Made by a program: the position numbers and the translations under genes. Below the pieces are notes generated by a model, which did not search any database, was not told the origin of the DNA, and saw only the letters and a program-made list of their open reading frames with translations. From the NCBI GenBank assembly GCA_963843145.1, contig CAWJJC010000021.1, positions 32,001-96,000 of the forward strand: DNA of 64,000 nucleotides, read 5' to 3'. Source of the stretch: an uncultured delta proteobacterium. GTDB taxonomy: Bacteria > Desulfobacterota > RBG-13-43-22. Numbering within the stretch: position 1 is the first letter of the stretch; each line of letters begins with the position of its first letter. Shown in pieces: positions 1-10,847 of the stretch.

Positions 1-588
1 GCGACCTTCGAAATCCATGGTGTAGACCAGGTCGAGCGAACGATCGAAAAGAGCCTTGTAGCGCTCCTCGCTCGCCCGCAGGTTCTCCTCCGCCCGCTTG
101 CGCGCGGTGATGTCCTGCTGGAGGTTTTCCAGGGCCTGCTTTAATTCCTCGGTCCTCCTGGTTACCTCGAACTCCAGCTCTTTCTGGTAATTACGCATCA
201 AGTCGTTGTAGGCCTTGACCCGCAGCAGGGACCGGACCCGGGCTAAAAGCTCCAGCTTATCAATGGGATATGAAATAAAATCATCGCACCCGACTTCAAT
301 TCCCTTTATCCGATCTTCCGTTTCCTGCAATACGGTAACCAAGATTATCGGAAGCAATCGCTGGGCTTTATCTTGCCTGACCCTGCGGATAACTTCCAAA
401 CCATCCATGCCGGGCATCTTTACGTCCAGCAGCATCAGATCGATTTGATTATCAGAAAGTTTCCTCAGCGCCTCTTTACCGTTGGCCGCCTCGACAATTT
501 CATAATCCTGCGAATCAAGGTAGGCTTCGAGCAGTTCAATGTTTTGGCGCTGGTCATCCACAATTAAGATAACCGGTTTGTCTTTCAT
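1..588 (-). CDS. Response regulator receiver + coiled coil + PAS domain protein (runs off the window's left edge)
   Basis: Manual translation MKDKPVILIVDDQRQNIELL...LLDVKMPGMDG...ASEERYKALFDRSLDLVYTMDFEG; REC motifs followed by a PAS start. Confidence 0.85.
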   Translation of the reverse strand, partial: MKDKPVILIVDDQRQNIELLEAYLDSQDYEIVEAANGKEALRKLSDNQIDLMLLDVKMPGMDGLEVIRRVRQDKAQRLLPIILVTVLQETEDRIKGIEVGCDDFISYPIDKLELLARVRSLLRVKAYNDLMRNYQKELEFEVTRRTEELKQALENLQQDITARKRAEENLRASEERYKALFDRSLDLVYTMDFEGR

Positions 589-622
589 CCTCTAACTTTC
601 TTGAGTTTGACTTTTCAATAGA

Positions 623-997
623 TTAGATCGCCGACTTAATAAATTGACTGATTTCTTTCGCAAAGGTGCGCGTATTTATCGGCTTGCCTATAAATCCGGT
701 GTTGGTTATGGCTTGGGCCTCTTCTCTGCCTTCCGCCATTACAGACGCAGTCACAAAAACAATGGGAATATCGCCTGTTTCTTTTCCTTGACGCAATATC
801 CTGGCGGCTTCGGTACCCCGCATATCCGGAAGCCGGACATCCATTATTATAATATCCGGTTTTTTTCTCCTGGCAATGGCCATTCCGTCGGCAGCCGTTT
901 CGGCTTCGAATACTTCAAAGCCGGCGACCTCCAAAAGGTCTTTCTCCAGCAGCAGATTATTTCCGTTATCATCGACCACTAAGGCTTTCTGCCTCAC
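623..997 (-). CDS. Single-domain response regulator (DivK/CheY-like)
   Basis: LVVDD, IMDVRLP, FVTAS and KP receiver motifs. Confidence 0.9.
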   Translation of the reverse strand: MRQKALVVDDNGNNLLLEKDLLEVAGFEVFEAETAADGMAIARRKKPDIIIMDVRLPDMRGTEAARILRQGKETGDIPIVFVTASVMAEGREEAQAITNTGFIGKPINTRTFAKEISQFIKSAI

Positions 998-998
998 C

Positions 999-2255
999 TC
1001 ACACCACCCTCCTGGATATAATAGGCAGAGTAAACCGGACCGAGGTGCCTTTATTTAGACCCTCTGATTTTACAGAAAGCTTCCCGCCGTGCAGTTCGAC
1101 CAGCTTTTTAGAGAGCGGCAAACCGAGCCCGGTCCCCTCAGTCACCCGAGAATAGGGGGTATCGACACGGAAAAAACCTTCAAATATTTTCTCCATGTTT
1201 TCTGGCGCGATGCCAATTCCTGTATCCCAGACCATTACTTCTATCTCGGAATCGGCTTTTTTCGCCCGCATGCCAATCTGACCACCCTCGGGGGTAAATT
1301 TAACCGCGTTTGAAAGCAGGTTGTACATTATCTCTTTTACCTTCAGCTCATCTGCCTCTATATTCGGCAGATCTTCGGTTATGTTAAGCAACATGATAAT
1401 CTTTTTTTTGTTGACCATCTCCTCTACCAGTAGCGAAATCTCATTTAATAGGTTTTTCATAGGTAAGTTGGACAGGGCCAACTTCATCTTTCCGGCTTCA
1501 ACTTTGGCCATATCAAGTATCTGATTTATCAGTAAGAGAAGATGCCTCCCGCTGGTTAAAACATTGTTTACGTATTTTTTCTGCTTCTCATTAAGCGGTC
1601 CGAAAGTCTCGTCAGATAATACCTCCGAGAAACCGTTAATGGAGTTAAGCGGGGTCCTGAGCTCATGCGACATGTTGGCCAGGAATTCAGATTTTACCTG
1701 AGCGCTACGTTTTAACTCGCTGGCCAACTCCTTTAACTCTTCATGGGCTTTTTTCAGCCCATTTTCTATCTCCCTGCGCTCGGTGATATCCTCGATGGCC
1801 AGGAGAATGATCCGTTCCTTCCCCCCTTCTCTTTGAATCTGCCGAGCATTCAAAAGCATTATGCGCCGGCCAATAGAAGCAAAATCATGTTCAACCTCAT
1901 AGTTATCAAAGGTTGTTTTTTGGGGAAGGATGGTTTCCAGCAATTCCCGCAATTTAGGGATATCCCACTGTTTATTGCCCAGGTCATAAATAAGATGCCC
2001 CACGGTTTCTTCAGGCATTACCTTAAAGAATTCATAGAAGGAGCGGCTGACCGTGACCACCCGGAGGTCTTGGTCCAAAGAAATTAGGGGTTCACGCACG
2101 GTGTTGATGACGCTCTCGGCATAGAGACGGGCCTCATCGACTGCCAGCTCAGTCGACCTATTCCCGGTTATCGCTTTTTCCAGCATGGCATTTTTCGAAC
2201 GTAATTCCGATAGTTCCTGGACGAATTGCTCTCTGGTTTTGTCATCATCTTTCAT
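999..2255 (-). CDS. PAS-domain sensor histidine kinase (alternative start 2267)
   Basis: H-box FLANMSHELRTPL, N-box NLLSNAVKFT, G-boxes DTGIG and GTGLGL; cytoplasmic PAS, no TM segment. Confidence 0.93.
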   Translation of the reverse strand: MKDDDKTREQFVQELSELRSKNAMLEKAITGNRSTELAVDEARLYAESVINTVREPLISLDQDLRVVTVSRSFYEFFKVMPEETVGHLIYDLGNKQWDIPKLRELLETILPQKTTFDNYEVEHDFASIGRRIMLLNARQIQREGGKERIILLAIEDITERREIENGLKKAHEELKELASELKRSAQVKSEFLANMSHELRTPLNSINGFSEVLSDETFGPLNEKQKKYVNNVLTSGRHLLLLINQILDMAKVEAGKMKLALSNLPMKNLLNEISLLVEEMVNKKKIIMLLNITEDLPNIEADELKVKEIMYNLLSNAVKFTPEGGQIGMRAKKADSEIEVMVWDTGIGIAPENMEKIFEGFFRVDTPYSRVTEGTGLGLPLSKKLVELHGGKLSVKSEGLNKGTSVRFTLPIISRRVV

Positions 2256-2281
2256 GAGGCCACCCATTAGATGTTAGTATT

Positions 2282-2320
2282 AAAACAAAAACCCCACTCC
2301 TCTATCGAGAAACAGGGTTC
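2282..2320 (-). terminator. Intrinsic terminator immediately upstream of the kinase gene (attenuator-like)
   Basis: Minus strand AACCCUGUUUCUC-GAUA-GAGGAGUGGGGUU is a 13-bp stem with G-U pairs, followed by UUUGUUUU. Confidence 0.6.
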
Positions 2321-2458
2321 CATAACTCTTCCATCGACACTCCCTTTGGTATTAGGTTGCCAACAAGAACACTTGGATTATTTATCAAATATATCTTACC
2401 TCCAAATTATGAAAAGTCAAACAGTCCCAGCCACCTTTCTCATTCCCCCCCCCAATGG

Positions 2459-3570
2459 CTAAGGTGTATTTGGAACGATTTCTATTCGAATCGCAACTGG
2501 CTCTTCTTGGGCGGGAGGGAGCAGGCCTTTTCCCTGGACCTCCCCCAGGGTGTTCAGTTGGTTGAGGAGATTAGGGATTGTTGGAGACGCTACGGCGGCG
2601 GTGATGACTTCTCTCTCAGGCGTTGTCTCCCGGTGAACATTTTTGGCGCCTATCCGCGAAAGCAGGTCCAGGGCTTTTTTTGCGGCCTCCTGAACGTCTC
2701 GAACCCGGAGGGTAAACCCAGTCGGCGTAGATTTAAAGGCGGCGGCTGGTCCGACCGTTGAGCGGCCCGAGGCCGATTTGCCCTTCTCTTCCAATAATTC
2801 AAAGGCTCGTGGTTGCGCCCGGTCTTTTTCTTTCCTGACCGCCCCCAAGGCTGGAGCCGGTTTGCTTTCAGAGGATTCGATTTTTTTCAGAGGGGCAACG
2901 GGAGTTCCGGGCGCCTCCATTTTATTGGCGAAGATTTCATTCGGGATTTCCCTTGCCGGTGGCATCGAGGATCCGGCTGCCGCAGGTCTCTTCTCTTCCG
3001 TTTCTTTATCCCCCATGATCCCTGACCCCGAGAGTTGGCGGGCAGCCTGTTCTTTTTCTAGTCGACTCCCGGCTGCAGTTTTGGTTTCCAGATTTTGGGG
3101 GATTATCGGGGGTGCCGGGGCAGACAGGAATCGGAGCAGTCTCCTTTCCCTTTTTTTGATAGGCAAAATCCTTAGGGAACGGGGGAAACCGATTCCGAAG
3201 GCGCCCTTAAAAGCGGCATCTCCGGTTCGTTGGCTTTGAAGACATAGACGGCCAGAATCACTACCAGGATGGAAGCCATCGCCTCCAGAGGAATTTTAAT
3301 ATGGAGGGGATAAAACAATTTTCTGAGGAGACCTCTTTCCCCTGCTGCTTCTTCACGGACCCGGGCCATGACCTTTTGAGTGAACCAGGGAGGGGGAGCG
3401 ACCTCCGGGAGACGGCCTAAAAGTTCCTTGGTCTGGTTCAGGTCCCGGAGAGCCAGGCGACAGGGTTCACAGGAGCGAAGGTGGTCTTCCAGGTCCTTCT
3501 GGTCCTGACCGGAAATCAGCCCTTCCTGATAGGCCGGGAGTTTTTTCTCAAATTCCTGGCAGGGGTTCAT
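2459..3570 (-). CDS. Zinc-finger (zf-HC2) transmembrane anti-sigma factor, DUF2275-like; split by apparent frameshift(s) near 3130-3180
   Basis: N-terminal C...HLRSCEPC ZAS motif and one TM helix in ORF 3172-3570; Pro/Ala-rich C-terminal part in ORF 2459-3166; overlaps the ECF sigma stop. Confidence 0.75.
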
Positions 3571-4211
3571 AAGTCACCAAAACCTTTTTTCAGACAATTC
3601 TTGACGGACTCCCTGGCCCGGAAAAGACGGGATTTGACCGTTCCATCGGGGAGTCTAAGGGTTTGCTGAATCTCTTCATAGGAATGTCCCAGAATATCGC
3701 GGAGGACCAAAACTTCCCGATAGCCCTCGTCCAATTGATTGATGCACTCCTGGACTTTTTCCTCGATTTCCTTCTTTTCCAGTTGGGCCAGGACCGAGGC
3801 CTCCGAGGACGGAGGATCGGGGTCCAAGCGTCCCGACCCTGCCGCCGGAGGATCATCGAGGGAGAGCGCGTGGTGACGTTCCCGGGAGGCGATCTGCTTC
3901 ACGCGGTTTCTGGCCTGATTGAGCACGATACCATAGAGCCAGCTCGAAAATTTTGCCTCGCCTCTAAACTTCCCGACGGCGCGGAAGGCGGATAAGAAGG
4001 CCTCCTGAACCGCGTCGCCGGCCTCTTCATAATCTCCCAGCAGCCGATAGGCGAGGTTGAGCATCTTCTTCTGGTACTTTTCCACCAGGGTTTCAAAGGC
4101 TCGGAGATCTCCCTTCTGCGCCGATCGCACCAGGACTTCGTCTTCATCGGCCAGGGGCCGGATCGTTCCATCCCTATTATTAGACCTGTTCACCGGCTCA
4201 ATTGTTCCCAT
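3567..4211 (-). CDS. ECF (RpoE-like) RNA polymerase sigma factor
   Basis: Region 2 DAVQEAFL...FSSWLYGI; region 4 SYEEI...GTVKSRLFRAR. Confidence 0.92.
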   Translation of the reverse strand: MGTIEPVNRSNNRDGTIRPLADEDEVLVRSAQKGDLRAFETLVEKYQKKMLNLAYRLLGDYEEAGDAVQEAFLSAFRAVGKFRGEAKFSSWLYGIVLNQARNRVKQIASRERHHALSLDDPPAAGSGRLDPDPPSSEASVLAQLEKKEIEEKVQECINQLDEGYREVLVLRDILGHSYEEIQQTLRLPDGTVKSRLFRARESVKNCLKKGFGDL

Positions 4212-4280
4212 GGGAATGACTTTAGCACCCTTTGTTTTAAAATATAGAGTTATAGCGTTTTTTGTGCTACAAAACAACCT

Positions 4281-5021
4281 ATGGATCTTAAGGTCCCCTC
4301 ATCCGTAACCTTGTTTATTCCCTGTCTGATGGATTCCCTTTATCCCCGGGCGGCCCAGGACCTGCTGGTTTTGCTGAAAAAGTGCGGCTTCCGAGTGGAT
4401 TATCCCCGGGACCAGACCTGCTGCGGGCAGCCAGCTTTTAACCAGGGGTATTTTGATGTCGCCCGGAAGCTGGCTCGCCGGTTTCTCGATATATTTGAAT
4501 CGTCGGAATGCATTGTCTGCCCCTCCGGTTCCTGCACGGCCATGGTCAGGAATCACTACCCGGAACTTTTGACGACTGAGCCGGTCTGGCTGGAAAAGGC
4601 CCAGGCCGTGGGGGGGAAAATTTTTGAGGCCTCACAGTTCCTGACCACCTTCGCGGTATCCGAAAAGATTCGGGCCCGTTTCCAGGGAAAAGTCACTTAT
4701 CACGACTCCTGCCACTCCGCCCGCGGCCTGGGAATATACGAGGAGCCCAGGCGGTTGCTCTCTCAGGTCAAAGGGCTGGAGTTGGTTGAAATGGCCGATT
4801 CCAAGGCCTGCTGCGGTTTCGGCGGGCTGTTTTCCCGGCGTTTTCCCGAGGTCTCGCAGGCCATCACCGGGGAAAAGATAAAACAAATCCTGGCTACCGG
4901 GGCGGAATGGGTGGTCGGCAACGACCCGGGCTGCTTGATGAATATCCAGGGAGGTTTGAACCGGCTCAAGTCGCCGATCAAGGTTAAACACCTCGTGGAA
5001 ATTTTAAACAGCCGTTCCTGA
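4281..5021 (+). CDS. lutA: Lactate utilization protein A (CCG-domain Fe-S protein)
   Basis: TCCGQPAFN, PSGSC, YHDSCH, CCGFGG; first gene of a lutABC triplet. Confidence 0.85.
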   Translation: MDLKVPSSVTLFIPCLMDSLYPRAAQDLLVLLKKCGFRVDYPRDQTCCGQPAFNQGYFDVARKLARRFLDIFESSECIVCPSGSCTAMVRNHYPELLTTEPVWLEKAQAVGGKIFEASQFLTTFAVSEKIRARFQGKVTYHDSCHSARGLGIYEEPRRLLSQVKGLELVEMADSKACCGFGGLFSRRFPEVSQAITGEKIKQILATGAEWVVGNDPGCLMNIQGGLNRLKSPIKVKHLVEILNSRS

Positions 5022-5024
5022 TCT

Positions 5025-6386
5025 ATGAACATACGAACTGAACAATTTAGAAAACAAGCCGCCCTGGCCCTGGAAGATAAGACCATGCAGGAGGCCATAT
5101 CCCGGGCTTCCGGTCGTTTCAGCCAGAACCGGACCAAGGCCTTCGGGGAGCTGCCTGAGGCCGAGGCCCTCCGGACCCGGGCCCACGAAATCAAGGCCGA
5201 GGCCATAGCGCATTTGGACGATTATCTGGAGGAGTTCACGGCCTCGGCCCAAAAGCTGGGCATTACCGTGCACCGCGCCGCGGACGGGGCCGACGCCTGC
5301 CGCTATATCGGAGACCTGGCTCAATCCCAGGGGATCGAGATAGTGGTCAAGGGCAAGTCCATGACCACTGAAGAGATCGACCTGAACCGCTACCTGGAGG
5401 CCGCCGGAATCCAGGTCTGGGAGACCGATCTGGGCGAATTTATCATCCAGTTGGCCGGGGAAGGGCCTTCTCATATTATCGCCCCGGCCCTGCACAAGAC
5501 CCAGCAGGAGATCGCCCTCCTTTTTAATAAAAAATTAGGGGTGCCGCTCTACGATGACCCGGTAAAACTGACCCAGGTGGCCCGAGAATTCCTGCGGGAC
5601 AAATATTTTCAGGCCGGTCTGGGGATCAGTGGGGCCAACTTCGCTCTGGCCCGAACCGGAACCATCGTCATCCTGGAAAACGAGGGTAACGCCCGTTTTT
5701 CCACTACCTTCCCCCGGGTCCATGTGGCGCTGGTGGGGATAGAAAAGGTGATTCCCGGCCTCCGGGAACTGGGGGTCTTTCTGAAACTGCTGGCCCGAAG
5801 CGCCACCGGACAGAAAGCCTCCACCTATGTTTCTCTGATCCAGGGGCCCCGTCGGCCCGGAGAGCTGGACGGCCCGGAAGAAATGCACATCGTGCTGCTG
5901 GATAACGGACGAAGCCGTTTCCGCCGGGACGACGAAATGCGGCCGTCGCTGTACTGCCTGCGTTGCGGAGCCTGTCTGAATGTCTGCCCGGTTTACCAGC
6001 GGATCGGCGGTCATGCCTATGGCTGGGTGTATAGCGGACCCATCGGGTCCCTGGTGACACCCCAATTTTTGGGGATTCAACGGGCTAAATACCTGCCTAT
6101 GGCCTCCACCCTCTGCCGGGCCTGCGCCGAGGTCTGCCCGGTCCGGATTCCCCTGCCCGATTTGCTCCTGACCCTTCGCCGGCGGATTGTGGAGCAGCAC
6201 GGTCTTCCCTGGCTGGAAAGAAAAATGATGGAAATCTGGGGGTTCTGTCAGAGCAGCCCGGAAAGATACCAAGCGGCCTTTGGTCTGGCCCGGATCGGGG
6301 AGGGATTCACCTCAGGCCTATTGCCGGCCGGGGGAGACCTGCCTGAAAAAAACTTTCATCGGATTTGGGAAGATGGACAGGACTGA
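5025..6386 (+). CDS. lutB: Lactate utilization protein B (LUD domain + 4Fe-4S)
   Basis: KSMTTEEI, ETDLGEFIIQL, PSHIIAPALH, CLRCGACLNVCP, STLCRACAEVCP. Confidence 0.9.
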   Translation: MNIRTEQFRKQAALALEDKTMQEAISRASGRFSQNRTKAFGELPEAEALRTRAHEIKAEAIAHLDDYLEEFTASAQKLGITVHRAADGADACRYIGDLAQSQGIEIVVKGKSMTTEEIDLNRYLEAAGIQVWETDLGEFIIQLAGEGPSHIIAPALHKTQQEIALLFNKKLGVPLYDDPVKLTQVAREFLRDKYFQAGLGISGANFALARTGTIVILENEGNARFSTTFPRVHVALVGIEKVIPGLRELGVFLKLLARSATGQKASTYVSLIQGPRRPGELDGPEEMHIVLLDNGRSRFRRDDEMRPSLYCLRCGACLNVCPVYQRIGGHAYGWVYSGPIGSLVTPQFLGIQRAKYLPMASTLCRACAEVCPVRIPLPDLLLTLRRRIVEQHGLPWLERKMMEIWGFCQSSPERYQAAFGLARIGEGFTSGLLPAGGDLPEKNFHRIWEDGQD

Positions 6387-6948
6387 TTGGCTCGACCGGC
6401 TGGAACTGGAACTCAAGGCCCTGCAGGCCCGAACCTTTCGGGCCGAGGACCCGGCCGCTTTAAAGGAAATTTTACAAACACTATGTCGGGACAGTCTTCC
6501 TGAGGCCGTAGCCCGGGAAGACCGCCCCTGGCTGGAAAAACTGGATCTGGGATTTCCCGTTTATCAGCCAGCGGATAGACTTCATCCGGGAAACGGGTCA
6601 TGGAAGCCGCTTCGGGATATTACCGTGGGGATCACCGGGGTGGATTATGCTTTGGCGGAAACCGGCACCCTGGTGCTGGCTTCGGGACAGGCGAGGGGAC
6701 GAGGACTTTCCTTGGCCCCTCGTCACCATATCGCCTTGTTGCCCCAGGAGCGTATTCTGCCCTCCCTGGACCAGTTCCTGGACCTTTATTCCGACGGGGA
6801 AAGCTTTTTGTTTCAGGGCAGCGCCGTGACCTTTATTTCCGGGGCCAGCCGCACGGCGGACATTGAGCTGAACCTGGTCCTCGGCGCCCACGGTCCCAAG
6901 GAATTGAGTGTCATTACCCTCTGTTTTCCGGTGGGGATAGCGGGTTGA
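6373..6948 (+). CDS. lutC: Lactate utilization protein C (LUD domain)
   Basis: LAETGTLVL, ISGASRTADIE...GAHGP; ATG at 6373 overlaps the lutB end. Confidence 0.85.
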   Translation: MDRTDWLDRLELELKALQARTFRAEDPAALKEILQTLCRDSLPEAVAREDRPWLEKLDLGFPVYQPADRLHPGNGSWKPLRDITVGITGVDYALAETGTLVLASGQARGRGLSLAPRHHIALLPQERILPSLDQFLDLYSDGESFLFQGSAVTFISGASRTADIELNLVLGAHGPKELSVITLCFPVGIAG

Positions 6949-7000
6949 TAGTTTGAGGTTACGTCCAGAACGAGAATAGAATCGATGATCTCGTCGGGTC

Positions 7001-7066
7001 TAATAATCAATAATCAATTTTTAATTCTCAATTAATCATTAACCGGTGACTATTGATTATTGTTTT
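7001..7066. repeat. AT-rich period-7 (AATAATC-like) imperfect inverted repeat upstream of fabH
   Basis: aataatc aataatc aattttt aattctc ... tattgat tattgtt. Confidence 0.55.
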
Positions 7067-7100
7067 TTTCGTAACTAAAGAAAACGAGGAGTTCTAATTC

Positions 7101-8090
7101 ATGCCCATTTTTATTCAAGGAACCGGATCGTATCTCCCTCCCCAGGTGTTGCATAACCGAGACCTGGAAAAAATATTGGAGACCAACGATGAATGGATCA
7201 CCCAGCGGACCGGGATTCGTGAGCGGCGGGTGGCCGAGCCCCAGGTGGCCGCCTCCGACCTGGCCCTGGAGGCCTCCCGGAGGGCTTTGGAAATGGCCGG
7301 GATGAAGGTGGCGGACCTGCAGCTCATCATCGTAGCCACCATCACCCCGGATACCCACTGCCCGGCCGCGTCCAACTGGTTGCAGGCCAAATTGGGGGCC
7401 GACCAGGCGGTGACTTTTGACATTACCGCCGCCTGTTCCGGTTTCGTTTTTGCCCTGAACGTGGCGGAACAATATCTGAAGGCCGGGACTTTCCAAACGA
7501 TCCTGGTCGTGGCCTCGGAGATCATGACTCGAACCTTAAACTGGAAAGACCGGACTTCGGCCATCCTCTGGGGTGACGGGGCCGGTGCCGTGGTGTTGAC
7601 CGTGGATCAAGGAGGGCAGGGCCACCCGATCCTCTCCACCCACATTCACACCGACGGGGCCAACGGGGCCAACCTGCTCCTGCCGGGTGGCGGCTCCAAG
7701 ACCACGCCCATCTCCCATGAAAGCGTGGATCGGGACCTCCATACGCTTAAACTCATCGAGGCCAGCGCCTCGGTGCGGGTGGCGGTGAAACATTTTGCCG
7801 AAGCCTGTGTCGAAGCGGTAGAAACCAACGGGTACACCCTGGGAGAGGTGGACTGGGTAATTCCCCACCAGGCCAACCTGCGAATGCTCCAATCTCTGGC
7901 CAAGCGGCTGAATGTGCCTATAGAAAAGTTCTATCTGACGTTGCAGAAATTCGGGAATATTTCGTCGGCTTCCATCCCCATCGCTTTGGACGAGGCAGTC
8001 CGGACGGGGGCCATTCGGAAAGACCAGTTGGTAGTGCTAACGGCCTTTGGGGGAGGATTGACTTGGGCGAGCGCGCTGATTAGGTGGTAA
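7101..8090 (+). CDS. fabH: Beta-ketoacyl-ACP synthase III
   Basis: DITAACSGF (Cys), PHQAN (His), GNISSAS (Asn), AFGGGLTW. Confidence 0.92.
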   Translation: MPIFIQGTGSYLPPQVLHNRDLEKILETNDEWITQRTGIRERRVAEPQVAASDLALEASRRALEMAGMKVADLQLIIVATITPDTHCPAASNWLQAKLGADQAVTFDITAACSGFVFALNVAEQYLKAGTFQTILVVASEIMTRTLNWKDRTSAILWGDGAGAVVLTVDQGGQGHPILSTHIHTDGANGANLLLPGGGSKTTPISHESVDRDLHTLKLIEASASVRVAVKHFAEACVEAVETNGYTLGEVDWVIPHQANLRMLQSLAKRLNVPIEKFYLTLQKFGNISSASIPIALDEAVRTGAIRKDQLVVLTAFGGGLTWASALIRW

Positions 8091-8131
8091 CAAAGGAACA
8101 GAGGAAAGGGACGAGGATCAACCATAAAGAA

Positions 8132-8268
8132 AAATCCGAAATTCGAAGCACGAAATCCGAAACAAGCACGAAGGTCCAAAATCACAATGTTCAAAACGAG
8201 AAACTTTTGAATTTTGATATTTGGTCATTTGAATTTGTTTCGGATTTGGATATTCGAATTTCGGATTT
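8132..8268. repeat. Heptamer-periodic (AAATCCG/AAATTCG) long imperfect hairpin, copy without insert
   Basis: aaatccgaaattcgaagcacgaaatccgaaacaa ... ttgtttcggatttggatattcgaatttcggattt; related copies near 16718 and 27335. Confidence 0.8.
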
Positions 8269-8298
8269 AAACCAATAAGATAGGATGAAAGGCCTGGA

Positions 8299-9558
<1,260 letters not shown>

Positions 9559-9588
9559 TTATCCTTTCTATTGAGGCCTATTTCGCGG

Positions 9589-10779
9589 CTATTTTTTGGA
9601 AGCCCGCAGTTTATTATGAATTCCGGCTTTTCCCCGGAGGACGTCGATCTTGTCGATCTTTTCCCAGGTGAAACCGGGTTCAGTCCGTCCGAAGTGGCCA
9701 TAGGCCGCCGTGTCTTTAAAAATCGGGCGCAACAAGTTCAGGTGCCGGATGATGTCGGCCGGTTTGAAACTGAAGGTCTCCCGGATGATGCGGTTTAACT
9801 GATCATCGGGAAGCTTCCCGGTCCCGCGGGTATCCACGAAAATGGAAAGCGGGTCGGCCTGTCCGATGGTATAGGCCACCTGGAGCCGACAGACGTCGGC
9901 CAGACCGGCGGCGACCACGTTTTTGGCCACATAGCGGGCCATATAGGAAGAACTGCGATCTACTTTGGAGGGATCCTTCCCGGAAAAGGCTCCGCCTCCG
10001 TGGCTTCCCCGGCCCCCGTAGGTGTCGGCGATGATTTTTCGGCCGGTCATGCCGCAGTCCCCCAAGGGGCCGCCGACGACGAAACGCCCGGTGGTGTTGA
10101 TCAAGAACTGGGTTTTCTTGTTCAGCAAAGAGGCCGGAATGACTTTTTTGATCACGGTTTCAATAATGCCTTCCCGGAGTTTTTTATAGGTGACATCGGG
10201 GGTGTGCTGGGCGGCAATCACCACGGTGGGGATGGAAACCGGTTTTCCATTTAAATACTCCACGGTCACCTGGGTCTTCCCGTCAGGGCGGAGGAATTTA
10301 AGGATACCCTTTTTGCGGACCTCCGCCAGTCGTCGCGCCAGTCGATGGGCGTACCAAATAGGCATGGGCATATAATCTTTGGTTTCGTTGCAGGCGTAAC
10401 CGAACATCATCCCCTGGTCTCCGGCCCCCTGTTCTTTCTTCACGTCTCCGTTGACCCCCTGAGCGATATCCGGAGACTGCTTGTCGATGCTGGTCAAGAC
10501 GGCGCAGGTCTCCCAGTCGAAACCCATGGAAGAATCGTTATACCCTATTTCCTTGATGGTCCGCCGGACGATTCCCGGCATTTCCACGTAAGTGTTCGTG
10601 GTAATCTCTCCGGCAATTAGAACCAAGCCGGTGGTGACCAGGGTCTCGCAGGCGACCCGGGAGTTGGGGTCATCCTTTAAAATGGCATCCAAGATGGAAT
10701 CCGAGATCTGATCGGCTACTTTGTCCGGATGACCTTCGGTGACCGATTCCGAGGTAAAAAAATAGTTGGCTGAACTCAT
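9589..10779 (-). CDS. metK: S-adenosylmethionine synthetase
   Basis: [35 protein letters not shown]. Confidence 0.97.
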   Translation of the reverse strand: MSSANYFFTSESVTEGHPDKVADQISDSILDAILKDDPNSRVACETLVTTGLVLIAGEITTNTYVEMPGIVRRTIKEIGYNDSSMGFDWETCAVLTSIDKQSPDIAQGVNGDVKKEQGAGDQGMMFGYACNETKDYMPMPIWYAHRLARRLAEVRKKGILKFLRPDGKTQVTVEYLNGKPVSIPTVVIAAQHTPDVTYKKLREGIIETVIKKVIPASLLNKKTQFLINTTGRFVVGGPLGDCGMTGRKIIADTYGGRGSHGGGAFSGKDPSKVDRSSSYMARYVAKNVVAAGLADVCRLQVAYTIGQADPLSIFVDTRGTGKLPDDQLNRIIRETFSFKPADIIRHLNLLRPIFKDTAAYGHFGRTEPGFTWEKIDKIDVLRGKAGIHNKLRASKK

Positions 10780-10847
10780 GGGCAACCCTCCTTGAAAAAA
10801 TAAACCATATTAGTCAATCAGTTACAATTGTCAAGCCTTAAATATGT

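Noticed and set aside
8084-8278. 64-aa ORF across the heptamer hairpin, and the N-terminal extension of ribH from 27400
   Set aside because: These are translations of repeat DNA; ribH has a proper RBS and ATG at 27487.
10780-10847. SAM riboswitch upstream of metK
   Set aside because: The spacer is only about 65 nt of AT-rich promoter-like sequence with no S-box core.
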